From Geosiphon pyriformis uo1 (Eukaryota; Fungi; Glomeromycota), in the NCBI GenBank assembly GCA_016748015.1, contig JAAOMT010000227.1:56169-120168 (forward strand): DNA of 64,000 nt, in the 5' to 3' direction. Positions 13,103 through 26,100 of the stretch are shown in pieces. A program made the position numbers and the translations under genes. Numbering within the stretch: the first letter of the stretch is position 1; each line of letters starts with the position of its first letter. Under the pieces are notes generated by a model. It did not search any database and was not told the DNA's origin. It was given only the letters and a program-made list of their open reading frames with translations.

Positions 13103-13969
13103 TGTTATAAGTGATTATTTGGGATGTTGGAGCAAATAACAAATCCATAACTTGATGCTCAATAACTATAAATAATAGTGAGTTTTAAAAGTTTTGAACT
13201 CTAAAAGTTTTGGGTTAAGTCTTTTGTATAATGAACAAAAATTTAATTAATAGTTTTTTTTATGAATTTTTTTTTAGTGTAATGGTTTGTTTATTTTAAT
13301 AGTTGTGTCTTTTTGGTAAATTATTTTTAAGTTTTCTACTTTTGTTTTTTAAGTCTTTTACCAAGCTATGTTTGACATCAATTACTTAGTGATTAATTTT
13401 TTTAATTAATTAGTAAACAACAAAGAAAACAAAATAAAAAAAAATAAAAAAATGAAATAAAAAATTAGTATTTTGTCAATAGCTATAATTAAGAACTATT
13501 AATTCAGTATGGTTAAGTATTAAATTCTATTAACATAAATTGTTAATAGTACAAAAGTAATTAATATTTCTTAATCAAGTAATAATAATATAGATTTGGG
13601 TAATAATAGATAATTTATTTATATAAATATAATTTCATTTTAAGTTATAGAAAACTATTTTTTAAAAAAAGAAGTATTGGATAATTATTTGTCTTTAATT
13701 GTTCTAAATTAATCTAAATGTCTTTTTTTGTTTCTAATAATCTTATTATATATACATAATTTATGTTATATGAGATTCCTTGAAATTTTTCATTTTTTAA
13801 AAGAAATTCTGAAATTTTAAGATTCTAAAATTCTGTCATTTCTTAAGAAAAATTCTGAAATTTTGGAATTTTATAATTTTTTAAGAAAAATCCTGAATTT
13901 TTCTATTTACTATTTTTTTTTTAATTGGATATTTTTTATTTATTATAATTTTTATTTTTATGAGTAATA
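13103..13969 (-). repeat. B2 3' LTR
   Basis: Termini and internal GGAATT-type repeats shared with all B LTRs; PPT adjacent at 13970-13985. Confidence 0.9.
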
Positions 13970-13984
13970 TTATTTTTTCTTTTT

Positions 13985-14755
13985 AATATTAAGCTTTATT
14001 AAGATTTTTTATATTTTCTAGCTCTTTTAAATTTTTCTTTTGGATTAATTTTATTACTTTTTTCTCTAAAATTACTTGAGCAATTTTGGTTTGCAATTTT
14101 TTAAATTGGGCATTAATAATTTTTTCCAATTGATTCATAATTATTGTATTCATTATTGAGTGTAACAATATTTTTGAACATTTATAAAATCCTGTTTGTA
14201 ACCAATATATTGCTTATATTTGTGTAAATAAATTGTTTTTTTTACAAATTGTTTGATTTGTTATAATATTTTTATGTCAAACATCCATCTTGTTTTATCT
14301 GTATACAAGTTTTGAATATTAAGCTTCTGTTTTAAATAGTAATAACAAAAGTTTTTTAAAAATTATTGTGTCCACTATTTCCAATTTTTTTTTGTTAACT
14401 TTTTTATAGTGGTATTGTTTTTGGTATTTCTAATAACAACTTTATTTTTGCTTTCATATTTTTAACTATGTTTTTAGTCTTTATGTATACCCTATGTTGT
14501 ACTTTGTATTAGAGTTTTGGTTTTTTCTGGTGTTTTTATATTGTATTATTTGTTAATTAATTGTAATTTTTATGTTTAATTTTTGATATTTAATAAATTA
14601 AAATATTTGTTAAACTAAGGAGTAAATATTATTTGTAATTTCTATTTTTTCTGTTGTTTTTGTTATATGTTGGTTCTTTATATATTGTTCTGATAAATCA
14701 ATTTAATATATTTGTGTTAATAATTATAATTGGTTTTAGATTTTATAAAATTTTA
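13985..14755 (-). pseudogene. Family B extra 3' ORF (ORF3), ~255 codons, decayed
   Basis: Lies between the integrase stop (~14762) and the PPT; C-terminus matches ORF 52709-52915 (ITNAQFKELQ); second copy at ~7695-8450. Confidence 0.6.
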
Positions 14756-14761
14756 TTGGGT

Positions 14762-15950
14762 TAAACTTGTATTTGTGTATTCTCAGTTGTGAAATATTAC
14801 TAATAAATAATAATACTATATTATAATATGGTTTTAATTGATTATTATATACTATTTTAGTTAAGATTTTGTTATTTTATCTTAACTTATATGCTCTATT
14901 TCCCAAAAATTTTTTAATGTGAAATGAATTGTTTTATTTTGGATTAAATTTTCTACTCTATTGTTTTTTTGCTTTAATATAATATAAAAGTACTTTGTTT
15001 CTAATTTTGAATTTGGTTAATTTATCTGATAACTGGTTATTATGTTGTTTTTTTTGTTTTTTTTGTAATTTTTGTATGTTATTAGCTGTTTTTTATCTTT
15101 GTTTTCTAAAGTTTTTATTAAGTTATATGTTTTTTTTAGCAATGTTTCTTAAAAGTTAGCTTTTGTTATTAGTTTAGTTAAATATGTATTGATTTCTATT
15201 TTTACTGGTAATGTTGTTGTTTTACTATATACTAATTTAAATAGTGTTATTTGTATAATATCTTGCTTTATTGTCCAATAAATAAATAATACTAATAGTA
15301 TAAACAAATCTTATATGTTCTGATTTTTTTGGCTAATCTTAATTATTGTTTTACACAATGTTTTGTTGTACTTTTCGACTAAGCTATTGGTTTATAAATA
15401 ATATGAAAATAATAACTGTTTCTTAATTCCAAATTATTAACTTAATTCTGTTAATATTTTGTTTAAAAAATAAGTTTTTTGGTTTGATAACAGTTTTTTT
15501 GGACATTTATGTTAACAAATTAAATTTTGATATATAAATTTGGTTATAAATTTGTATCTGCTTTTTAAATTGTTTTAGTTTCTGGTTATTTTGTAAGATA
15601 ATCCATAACTATTGCTATATATTAGTTGTTTTTACTGATTATTGTCAATGGTATGATTAAGTTAATTTTAATTTAATCAAATAATTGTTTCATTTTGATT
15701 GGTTTTAGTAGTTCATTGGGTCTTGTTCTTCCTTTTTTCTAATAAACATCATAATTTTAAACATATTAAATAATGTTTGAATATATTAATAGCCAATAAT
15801 ATTTTTTTTGGTTTTTTTCATAATTGCTTTTTTATGAAAATATTTTGCTATTAGATCTGAGTAAATGTTAAATAATATTGTTTTTTTTTTGGCTTTATAA
15901 TTATTTTGAGTGGTTAATCTAAATTTTTTCTGTTTTTTTAATATTGTATG
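14762..15950 (-). pseudogene. B2 integrase
   Basis: Decayed zinc-binding region, rve core and a back-mutated FKIGDKVLL...WxGKFxPKWxGPF tail on the minus strand. Confidence 0.8.
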
Positions 15951-17929
15951 TTTTGGTAAGTAATAAAATATTTTAATTGTTGTTTTATGTGGTTTTGTTC
16001 TTTTTAAGATAATTTTTTATTAAATTGTTGAGTATTAATATTATGTTAAAATTGTTGATATTTTTGTGTGTTTTTTTTTGTTATATTTTTGGGTTAAATT
16101 GTTTTTAGATTAAAATGTTTTTAGATTTGTTTTATTTGTGACAAGCCATCAGCATTTCCATTTTTTTTTTCTTTTTTTATAATATATGATATAATTAAAT
16201 AGTAAAAGTTCTATTTTCTATCTTGTATAATGATTGTTTTTAAATTCTTGCTTTTGGATTGATGTCAATTTTTTGTGATTAATATATACATTAAACTTTT
16301 AATTCAATTATTTTTTCTATTTTATAACAGTCCAATAAATAATTAAATATTTTAGTGCTGAAATTTTATAGTTTTTTTCAGCTGGACTTAAACTTCAGTT
16401 AGCATATGCTACTAAATGTTTTTATCCATTTGGTTTTTTTTGCAATAATACTATTTTCAATGTCTGGCCTGATACATCTGTTGTGATAATGAATAGCTTA
16501 TTGTGATTTGAATAGATTTAAAACTTAAATAAGTTTTTGTCTTAAAATGTCAATGGTTTCTTGTTGTGTCTTAGTTTATTTATATTTGGTATTTTTGGCC
16601 TAAAACTGGTATAGTAATTGGACCAATTTGGAGAAGTTTTGAATAAATTAACAGTAGTATTTGGTGAATTCCAAAAATGTTTTTAGTTCTATTAAGTTGG
16701 TTAATATTAAAAAGTTTTTAATGAACTCAATTTTATCTGAATTTGTTTTAATATTATTTTTGTTTATAATATGTCCCAAAAACTTGAATTTAGTTTTTTC
16801 AAAGAAACATTTAGTAGTATTTAATTTCAATCTTGCTTTTTTTAATCTTTCAAATACTTGTTAGAAATAATAAAAATAATCATTAAATGTTTTAGAAACA
16901 TATTAATATTATTTAAGTAGACTACTACTAATTTTTATTATAATCTAGTATAAACAATTTCTATTAGTTATTGGAAGGTATCTGAAGCATTAGTTAAGCC
17001 AAAAGACATAATATTAAATTCAAAATTTTTTATTTTTATGATAAATGCTGTTTTTTCTTTATTAGTCAAATTTATGGCAATTTGTTAGTAACTATTTTTT
17101 AGTCCAATATAAAGAACTATTTCTTTCATCTAAAAGCATCAAATAATTTTTAGATCTATGGAATAAGATAATTGTTTCTATAAATAATACTGTTGAGTTT
17201 TCAATAATTCACACAAAAGCAAATTTTTTCATTTTTTTTCTAGATAAATACTACTGATGATAATCATAGACTTATTAATAGTTAAATTAACCTATTGTTT
17301 AACATACAGTTGATTTTTTAATAAATAATTTTATGGGTGGTGAGTAGTATTCAGTATGCTCTTTGCTTGATTAGCATTGTATCTTCAGTTTTGATCTGAT
17401 GCTAGATAATATCAGTTCTGCCAAATTTATTTTTACTTATAAAAATATTAATAAAATTGTTAAGTAGCAGTTTAAGTTATATATATTAAAGTAAGTCTAA
17501 GTTTTTTAAGTTTATTTGTTTTAACTGTTTTAGTTATAGCAAATAGTATTTTTTCATTCATAAATTGTTTGTGATGTAATATTTATATATTTACAAAGTT
17601 GTGAAAAATCTGAAATAGTAATTGGTGCTTAATTTTCAACTTCAATATTTAAGTATTCAATAATAATTTTACTTGGTATTTTTATTGGGTCTCTAATTAT
17701 GTTATGTATTAGAATTTTGATATTTTTATGGTTCTTAACTAATATGTAGAAATTGGTAATAGCAATTTTTTCTGATTCACAAATAGTAGATTCTATTTCA
17801 AAAATCTGGTATTGATCTCTCACTTTTTTTTCTATGATTTATATATGCTAGTCATATAATAAAATATAAATTAATTAATTGGTAAAAATAATTTCTTTCT
17901 AATCAATGGTTTTTTTTTCTATTATATTA

Positions 17930-18350
17930 ATTGGTACTTTTATTTTATTTATAAATCTGAATTCATTTATCTTTTTTGCTGTAATTCTTAACTTTTTTCT
18001 TGTTTCCATTAATACTAATTGTACTATTTTTACCAAAAATAAGAATATTGCCTGTGCTATTTTTTTATTTGGTTTAATTGTGTATGCTTTTTTTGATTCA
18101 TTTTATAGCATTATAATAATATTTTTTACAAATTTTGTATTAATTATTTTTTCTTTAATATTAATTTTTTTTTGTTAAACTAGATTTAAACATTAATTAA
18201 ACTATTGTTATTGCTAGAATTTCCAGTGCTAATTTTAAATCTATGCTAATATGTAAATAAAGTTCCAATCTGATAGCAGTTTTTTTTGAATATTTGAGAT
18301 CAAACTCTGTATTAATATTATGTATGTATTTTGGTATAATATTTTCTTTA
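17930..18350 (-). pseudogene. B2 dUTPase domain
   Basis: rc is collinear with 50341-50740 (gagtttgatctcaaatat; atagcacaggcaatattc = IAQAIF). Confidence 0.82.
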
Positions 18351-21300
18351 TTATTATTGAAATATTTAAGTTTCTACTTCTTTGAAAAATTTGGAAGTGT
18401 AATATATTATTTAGAGTTGTAATTAGAGTTTAAATTATTATTATTGTAATTGTCATTGTAAATAGTATTAGAACTATTGTTGTTATTATTATTAAAGTTT
18501 AAATTGAGATTAATTTTCAATTCTAATTCTGAAACACAATTGCTAATTGGCTCTTTTTTTTGAAGATTAAATAGATTATACACAGTGAAAAATTGTAAAT
18601 GAGATCACAATTGTCACAATATTTGAAATCATGAAGAATTAAACAATTATTACAAAGTTTACTATTTAATTGTTTTAAATACTGCTCTTGCTTTTCTCAA
18701 GTAGGTGCTAAATCTTGGTAGTATTTGTAAAATTGCTCTGAGTCACTTAAAATGTCAATAAAAATATCTGGGTTTGATATGAAAACAGTTTTAACAGATT
18801 TTGGTGAATTGTTTTTTATTATTAAAATTTTACTAAATGAAGTGTCTTTAACTTTAACATTTGTTATTCTTCAGATCTTGTTTTTGTCATATAAATAACT
18901 ATTCAAGTATAAGAGTATTTAGTTCTATACAGCATTAAAAGACATTTTTTTTTTACTTAGTTGCTTATGAGAATTGTATATTAACATGATGTGTTATACA
19001 TTTTTTCTTAATTAGGAATGTTATTTTACATTTTTTCATCAAATAGCATTTTTCTACAAGTAAAACATGATTCATTATCCTATTTTTCTTGTCATTTTGA
19101 GTAGTTAAAACATTTTTGGTAATACACTTTTGGTAACATGCTTTAGAGTAGTAGCAAGTATGTGTTTCATAATTTTTTTTGAGTAAAATTTAAGCTCTTA
19201 TAGATAAAAGCTTTTTTTTATAATTAATATATTTAAGAAAAATATAAGATGATTATTTTCTTGGTTCTGGTGTTAAGTATAAAACATGCCAATTATTGAA
19301 TATTTTTTTTGTGAAGATAGTAGTTTGTAGTTTATTTTTTTTATTTTTTGTCATTTCAAGATAGAATTAGTAATAGCTTGTTATAGTTGTCTTTAGTCCA
19401 TAAAACTTGATAAATTTTCCAGATAAATTTGGTTTTTTTTTTTTTGAGTTCTATTAGTAATTGTGTTTAGATTGCTTTAAAATAATTACAAGTAACTAGT
19501 ATCTAAGTATGCTAACTATTTTGACTAAACTATAGCTTCTGTGTATTTCAGTTGAGCATAGCATTGGTCTTGGACAGCCAATCATTACTAATAAGAACTT
19601 AATATTATGTGGCTTTTATAATAAAAACTTTAATAGATATAATAATACCATTAATTTTAAAAAGAAAGTTGTTTATTTTGCCAATAAAAGTCTTGGTTGT
19701 TTTATTGGCTGTAATAATTTTGGTGCTAGCAGCATAATCAACTTAGTAACCTAATTGGTCTATAAATTATTATATAATAATATTGCTTACTGACCTGTTA
19801 TTAAAAATTAGTTTAATAGATTAGCCATCAACTTTAACATTAGTATACATAATAGTAATAAGTTTGGTATTAAGAGTGGCTTTACTAAATAAAAAAATTT
19901 CTAATTGATTTTTCAACTCAAATAAAAAAATAGTGGCTAATAATTTGTCTTTTATAACAATTATTAATAGAATATTGTTGGTTAGTGGTTGTGTTAGTAA
20001 TTTTGAGTTGCTAAATTAAATATTTTCTGAGATAACTAAGAGACTTAAATAGCTTTGAAAATTCGAGTTTTGAGTGTATTCACTTTTTGAACTCTGCTGA
20101 TGTAATTTTAATGACTAGTTTAATAAACTAGGAATCAGTTAATATATTACTATTACTAATCTCTAATTCTGTTAAGTATAAGTAATTCTTGGTCTTAGAT
20201 TTCTGATTGATATTGGCACAGTATTTCGAAATAATATTTGAATTTGTTGAAATTAATAAATTATTTGTAACTGTAGGGCTTGATAAATTACCAGTATTAG
20301 AGTTAAATAAATTGGAGATACATATATTAATTGTTGTATTATTAAAGTATAATAAAGCTAATATTAATATTGTTTAATTGAGTTGTTAGTATAACTTAGA
20401 GGTTTAAAATCTGTAATCAGAGTTTTTATATTGGTTTTTTGATTGTAGATTATTATATTTAAAGCAACAATCTGCTTTTAAATAGCTGTGTTTATTATAA
20501 TAGTAGCAATTACATATTTTTTGTTATTATAATTAATTTGTTAAAAATAATAATAATAAATGCAACTGATTTTAAAACTGATTGGAATTTTTTTAATTGT
20601 CACAATATTGTGAAAACTAATAGATGACTTAATTGTTAATTAAGTATTTTTTTAGTTTCTGGTTAATAGAATTACTAAATTGCTTTAGCTTTAAATTCAA
20701 TTTAGATGATCTGTTTATTACCAAATTTATAGCTTAAACATAATTGGCTTTAAGTTTAACTGATTTAAAATCTTTGGCATAAGTAACTGTATCTTAAAAA
20801 GTATTTGAGTACATTAGATATACTCATTATAATAAACTGCTATATAATCTATAAATGAATTAATTTAAAATTTGTGGTATTATAAAGTAATCAGTTTTAA
20901 TTGCTTGGATTTAGTGCAGATTTTGGTAGAAATATCTCAGATACATGGTGACTGTTTTAGTATTATTTTGTTTGAAAGTAATAAATTCAGTTAATAATCA
21001 ATTGATGCTATTGTAATTATTAATGTATTATAGAAATGCAATTTTGAATTTATTAAAGATTTGTGGTTTGTTGATTAAGCTTTGATATTATAAGTCAGCA
21101 ATATTTTATAAAAAGTAAAAAATTGCTTAAAAAACTCTAATATTGTTCTAGCTGTTAGCTGCAATAGTTTTTGCTATATTGTTTAACTATGCTTAAGTAT
21201 TGTTTTTTTTATTGGTAAATTTCTTGAGTTTGATAATTAGTGTATATGCTATTAGTATAAAGAATAATTGTTGTTATAATTATTGCTGGATGGCAATTGG

Positions 21301-22157
21301 TACTATTAACAGTTGATTAATTAGAATAATTAAAGATAAGTTTTATGGAAGAATAAAAACAGAATTTGGATTGTTTGAATTTTGCTGAATTTAAACAATC
21401 AGAGTTTAAACTTCTAAGTTATTTGAAATTGGATTTTGATTATTATTTTTTTAATTGTTGTCTTTTTTTTTTGAATTGGTATCTGCCTAATTACTGGTCA
21501 ATCTAAAATTTGGTTAAGATAATAGTGATTAAAGTCTTGATAGAATTGTTAATCATAATTTAAATCTTTTAAAAAAATTGTCATAAATTCCTAATAATTT
21601 GGCTTTTTCTTGATTATTTTGGAACAGTACTCTAGATAATAGTGTTTTTAATGTGAACATAACTGTTAATATTATCTGAATAGTGCTTTTAGACATGTAA
21701 TAATATAATGGATTAATAAATAAAACAATTCTTGGTTTTTTTTAAATAGGCAATTGTATTTTTTTGGTGTTTTTACTGAAGTTTATAGCTTTTTTTTTGT
21801 TGGCAAAAATAATAAAGAATTTCTGTTTGGTATAATTTTTAATCTTGTAATTTATTTCTGTTATTATTAAGACAAAACTATAATTTTGTGAAAAACTGAT
21901 GTATTGTAATAACTTACTGTAGAAATTTTTAATGATAGTTTTTGGATCTCTTTGGTCTTGTAAGTAGTATATAATCTTTTTGTTTATGTAAAAATTGAAG
22001 GCTAATTTTGTTGGCCAATAATTATTTGTTAGTCTTAGATAATTTTGATAATGTTAGAATAAGAATTTTGTGAATTCTAAATGGTTTGTTTTTATTACTT
22101 CTGATTCTGCTATTTTTTCAGATAGTTGATGTTAGTGCTAGTTTTTTGTTAGATTAT

Positions 22158-22177
22158 ATCTTATAGGGAGCACCAAA
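22158..22177 (-). other. Primer-binding site of B2
   Basis: TTTGGTGCTCCCT(A)T(A)AG directly inside the 5' LTR. Confidence 0.8.
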
Positions 22178-23020
22178 TATTATAAGTAATTATTTGAAAT
22201 GTTGAAGCAAATAACAAACTTATAATTTGATACTCAATAGCTATTAATAATAATAAATTCTAAAGGTTTTAAAGTTTAAAGATTTTGGATTGAGTTTTTT
22301 GTATAATAAACAGATATTTAATTGATGGTTTTTTTTTGTGAATTTTTTTCTTCAACATAATGACTGGTTTATTTTGATAGTCATGTTCTTCTAATAAGCT
22401 ATTCTTAAATTTTCTATCTTTGTTTTACAGATTTTTTACCAAGTTATCTTTAATGTTAATAACTCAGTACTTAATCTCTTAATTACTTAGTAAATAACAA
22501 AGAAACAAAACTAAAAAATAAAAAAAAAATAAAAAAATAAATAAAAAATTAGTATTCTATTAATAACTATAATTAAGAGTTATTGGTCTAATGTAATTAA
22601 ATAGTAGTTTCTATCAACATAGATTGTTGATAGTATAAAAGTGATTTGTAGTTTTTAATTTAATAATAATAATATAAATTGAATGATAATTAATATGTTT
22701 ATTAATATAAGTATAACTACTCTTCAAGTTATAGAAAACTATCTTTTAAAAAAAGAGATATTTAATAATTATTTATCTTTAACTACTGTTTTTTGTTCTG
22801 AATTCTGAATATTAAATACTTTTTTTGCTTTTAATATTCTTATTATATATACATAATTTGTGTTATATAAAATTCTTTGAAATTTTAGAATTTTTTTAAT
22901 AAAAATTCTAAAATTTTGGAATTTCGGAATTCTGCAATTCCTTTAAAAAAATTTTTTTTATTATGCTTTTTTTTATTGGCTATTTTCTATTTATTATAAT
23001 TTTTATTTCTAAAAATAATA
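22178..23020 (-). repeat. B2 5' LTR
   Basis: Homologous to 13103-13969. Confidence 0.9.
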
Positions 23021-23194
23021 CCAATTAGACTGAATTTTTGAAAAAATTTTTCTTATAGTCTTAATTTTTTTTTTTAATTTAATGAGTGGAGTCTAAACAC
23101 CACCTAGTGCTATACATCATACCAATGATTTAAACTAGGCATGAATTATGTCTTTGCTACATGTAACTAAACACTCAGACTAGTCAGAACAACA

Positions 23195-26100
23195 CTATGC
23201 ACTTATATGAACTGAAGCCATGTCACTAACACCTGCATAAAACAAACAACGCTTATGATACCCAAAGCTGATGTTGAATGCATCAGCAACACCCAACAAC
23301 CTAACCACCCCAGCCAAAAGCTGTGTAGAAAAACCAGAAACAGTGACAGAAATGGAATCATCATGTGGAATCAACTTATTCTTCTCCATAATGGCCCAGT
23401 GTTTCACATGGACCAGCCAGATATTATCACAAAATGCAAGACAAAACTCACGTACAAAATTCACAACATTGACCACTGCCACCTTAGGATTCTTGTAAAC
23501 TAAAACAGATTCACAATACCAATCGCCGAAAACAAAACCCTTACACAGAGCCATACTGACAGTCACATCTGAAATACAAGTTGATAACAATTATGATATG
23601 CACAAAGAAGAATGAAACAGACCAGAACGCACCTCCCAGGCAGCTGCATAAGTGTCCAACAAATTGGCATGACTATAAGCATCAGAAGAGCAAGAAAAGA
23701 CATGATCTAAGACTTCAACCTTACCACAGAACAAACAAACTACACTGGGATAACCCTTATCATACAGATGCTTTCGTACAGCAACAGAAAAGTGATGATG
23801 AAGGGCTTTCATAAAATATGTACGAAAGCCAGCTATCCAAATACTAGTAAAACCAATTGCCATGTAGAAATCTGGGTGCCACACCAGAGAAAACCTCAAC
23901 TAGTCAATATCAGCACGCAAACAATCCAGAACAACCCGGGAACCAGAACCAACCTCCCAATGTGCATAATAGATTGACCTGAAAACGTCACAAACAAAAT
24001 GCCTCAAATTACCAGAAACTGTATCAACACCAGCCTTCAAAAACCTCTCATTAACCAAGTGGGACAGGTACCAGGCAAAAAGGGCAGCATTCTTAGCCAG
24101 TGCATCAGCATGCTTGTTGCCTGAGACACCCAAATGGCCCTTAACCTTAATTCAATTAACATCCAAATTTTTGTGATAAATAACATTGGTGATGTGATGA
24201 CGCTCAATCCAACAACAATTCCTGAAATCAGGGCCAACCGATAAAGACTTCAACCTGCAAGCATCAATAGCCACCTGGCTGTCTGAGAACAAGTCAACCA
24301 AACAAAAAGAAGGAACACACTCAAGAGCTAAAGCAATGGCCTGCAACTTCACCAAAGTAGAAGAAACCAAACCAGAAACTCCCACACCCAGACCCAAATC
24401 AATGTCCTCAAAGAAAACTGCAGCACCAGCCAACATGTCAACAGTGCCCAGGTTATTCAGAGACCCATCTGTGTACACAAAAAGGTGGGTGGCACCTACA
24501 TTCAACAGATCATTACAAATAACACCAAAACCAAAAGATTAATGAATGTCAGAAGAGCCACCAACATCTTCATGAGGGGAACAACCAAAAGGAGAAGCTA
24601 CACCACCAAGAAAATGTACAGAGAGATCAAACCAGGAGGAGACCGGACCATGGGAGTCCAGTCTTTTCCAACACTTAAAAGTTCTCCAATCAAAAACAAT
24701 GCCATTTTTGTCACAAAGTTGTTCTATGAAAGCAATATCATAATGTTTGAGGAAGGAGACACATTTGAAGAAAATTGTTTCATCGAGTACCAGAGACATA
24801 GAAGTACTGCTCCGAAGACAAAAAGCACTGGTTAGAGAGCCACCCAAAGACAAATCACACCCAGAAAAAATACAAACCACACCTACCAAAAAGTTGTTTG
24901 AAGGGCTGACTCTAACATGAACAGAAAACAACAAAGGGTGACGAGGATGCCAGCTGAAAACCTAGAGATTGTGAGACCTATAAGAAAACAAGTGATCCAA
25001 AACACCAACCAAATTCGCAAAAGCAATGACAGAAGCTGACTTGCTTTTAGTCTGCATCTGCTCAAAAGTTTTTAGATTGTACAAGGAAGGATAATGAAGT
25101 GCATCATTGGAAAAGTCCAGAGGCAGTCCAAATTTGGATTTCAGGCCCTTGTGAATCAAAGCATCCCATTTATTACACACACTGAGAGGAATAAAACTGA
25201 ACTGAATTCTGTAGCTAATGATAGGAAAGAAAACTGAAGACACTAAATAAGCAAACTGTTTATCTGAAATAACTTTTTTCAGAATGAGATTGATGAAAAA
25301 CCGAACATCCAAATGCGCCTTAACCAAGTTAGACTTCAAAAGACCATCAGAAGATAAAAAAATACCCAGATAATGATGAGGTTCACCTCTTTTAGTGATG
25401 GAAATTGGCATATCACTAATAGTTAGATAAGGAGCAGTGACCTGACAGTTGATAAAAATGACCACAGTCTTGTTATTGTTTATCAAAATGTCATTTAAAT
25501 GAAAAAAATCATTAGCAACATTGAGGATGTGTTGTGTAGCAGCTTGGCTGCTACCAACCCAAATAGTATCATCAACAAAAGCACCAGCGGCCAGAAATAA
25601 TGTCAGCCCAGCTTGAGATTTCACCCAGCCAGTCTTAGAAACAAAATAAGAAATCAACCTGTAACCACAAATGCTCTCCTGTCTCTTAACCTCACACAAA
25701 AGCGAGTCATAAAATATGTGCCAGAGAAGTGGCAAAAAAACCTCCTCCTGATCCAATCCATCATGAACATGATATCCATCAGTTAAACCAAAATCTGTCA
25801 TCACTCTGTTAGTATGACCATTATGAATGCTACCAAAAAATCTGATAAATTTGTCACACATTTTGATCCTGATCAAACTCCTCTTAAGATGCTCCCAACC
25901 AACAGAATCATAAGCTTTGTGCATATTCTGTAAAACCAGCCACAACTCTTGGTTCTTTTCCAAAGCATCTTCGATCACCAAACCAATAGCAAATATAGAC
26001 AATTGAATAGACATACTTTTCAGAACAGAGAAATTGTCCCTGTGAAGGACATCAAAAGTGCTACAAGCCAGAGAGATCTGATCTGAAAGAATCTTGGAAA

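Larger units (their letters stand above)
13103..23020 (-). mobile_element. Full-length decayed Ty3/Gypsy family B element B2 (gag-PR-Cys insert-dUTPase-RT-RH-IN-ORF3)
   Basis: LTRs at 13103-13969 and 22178-23020; PBS tttggtgctccctataag; RT KCFF..KFLGHII; all domains collinear with 45473-54774, plus an integrase. Confidence 0.92.

Noticed and set aside
17906-18178. Hydrophobic F/I/L-rich ORFs (also 8635-8850, 39761-39952) resembling membrane proteins
   Set aside because: Antisense readings of T-rich decayed TE sequence; a composition artefact
6073-23020. Alternative genetic code or organellar/endosymbiont origin for the AT-rich, stop-rich DNA
   Set aside because: Stops fall at different positions in homologous copies and arise from TGG/CAA/CGA transitions; this is decayed nuclear TE DNA
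13099-23024. TSD for element B2
   Set aside because: The flanks ctat and ccaa do not match and the left-hand host fragment does not resume on the right; probably rearranged
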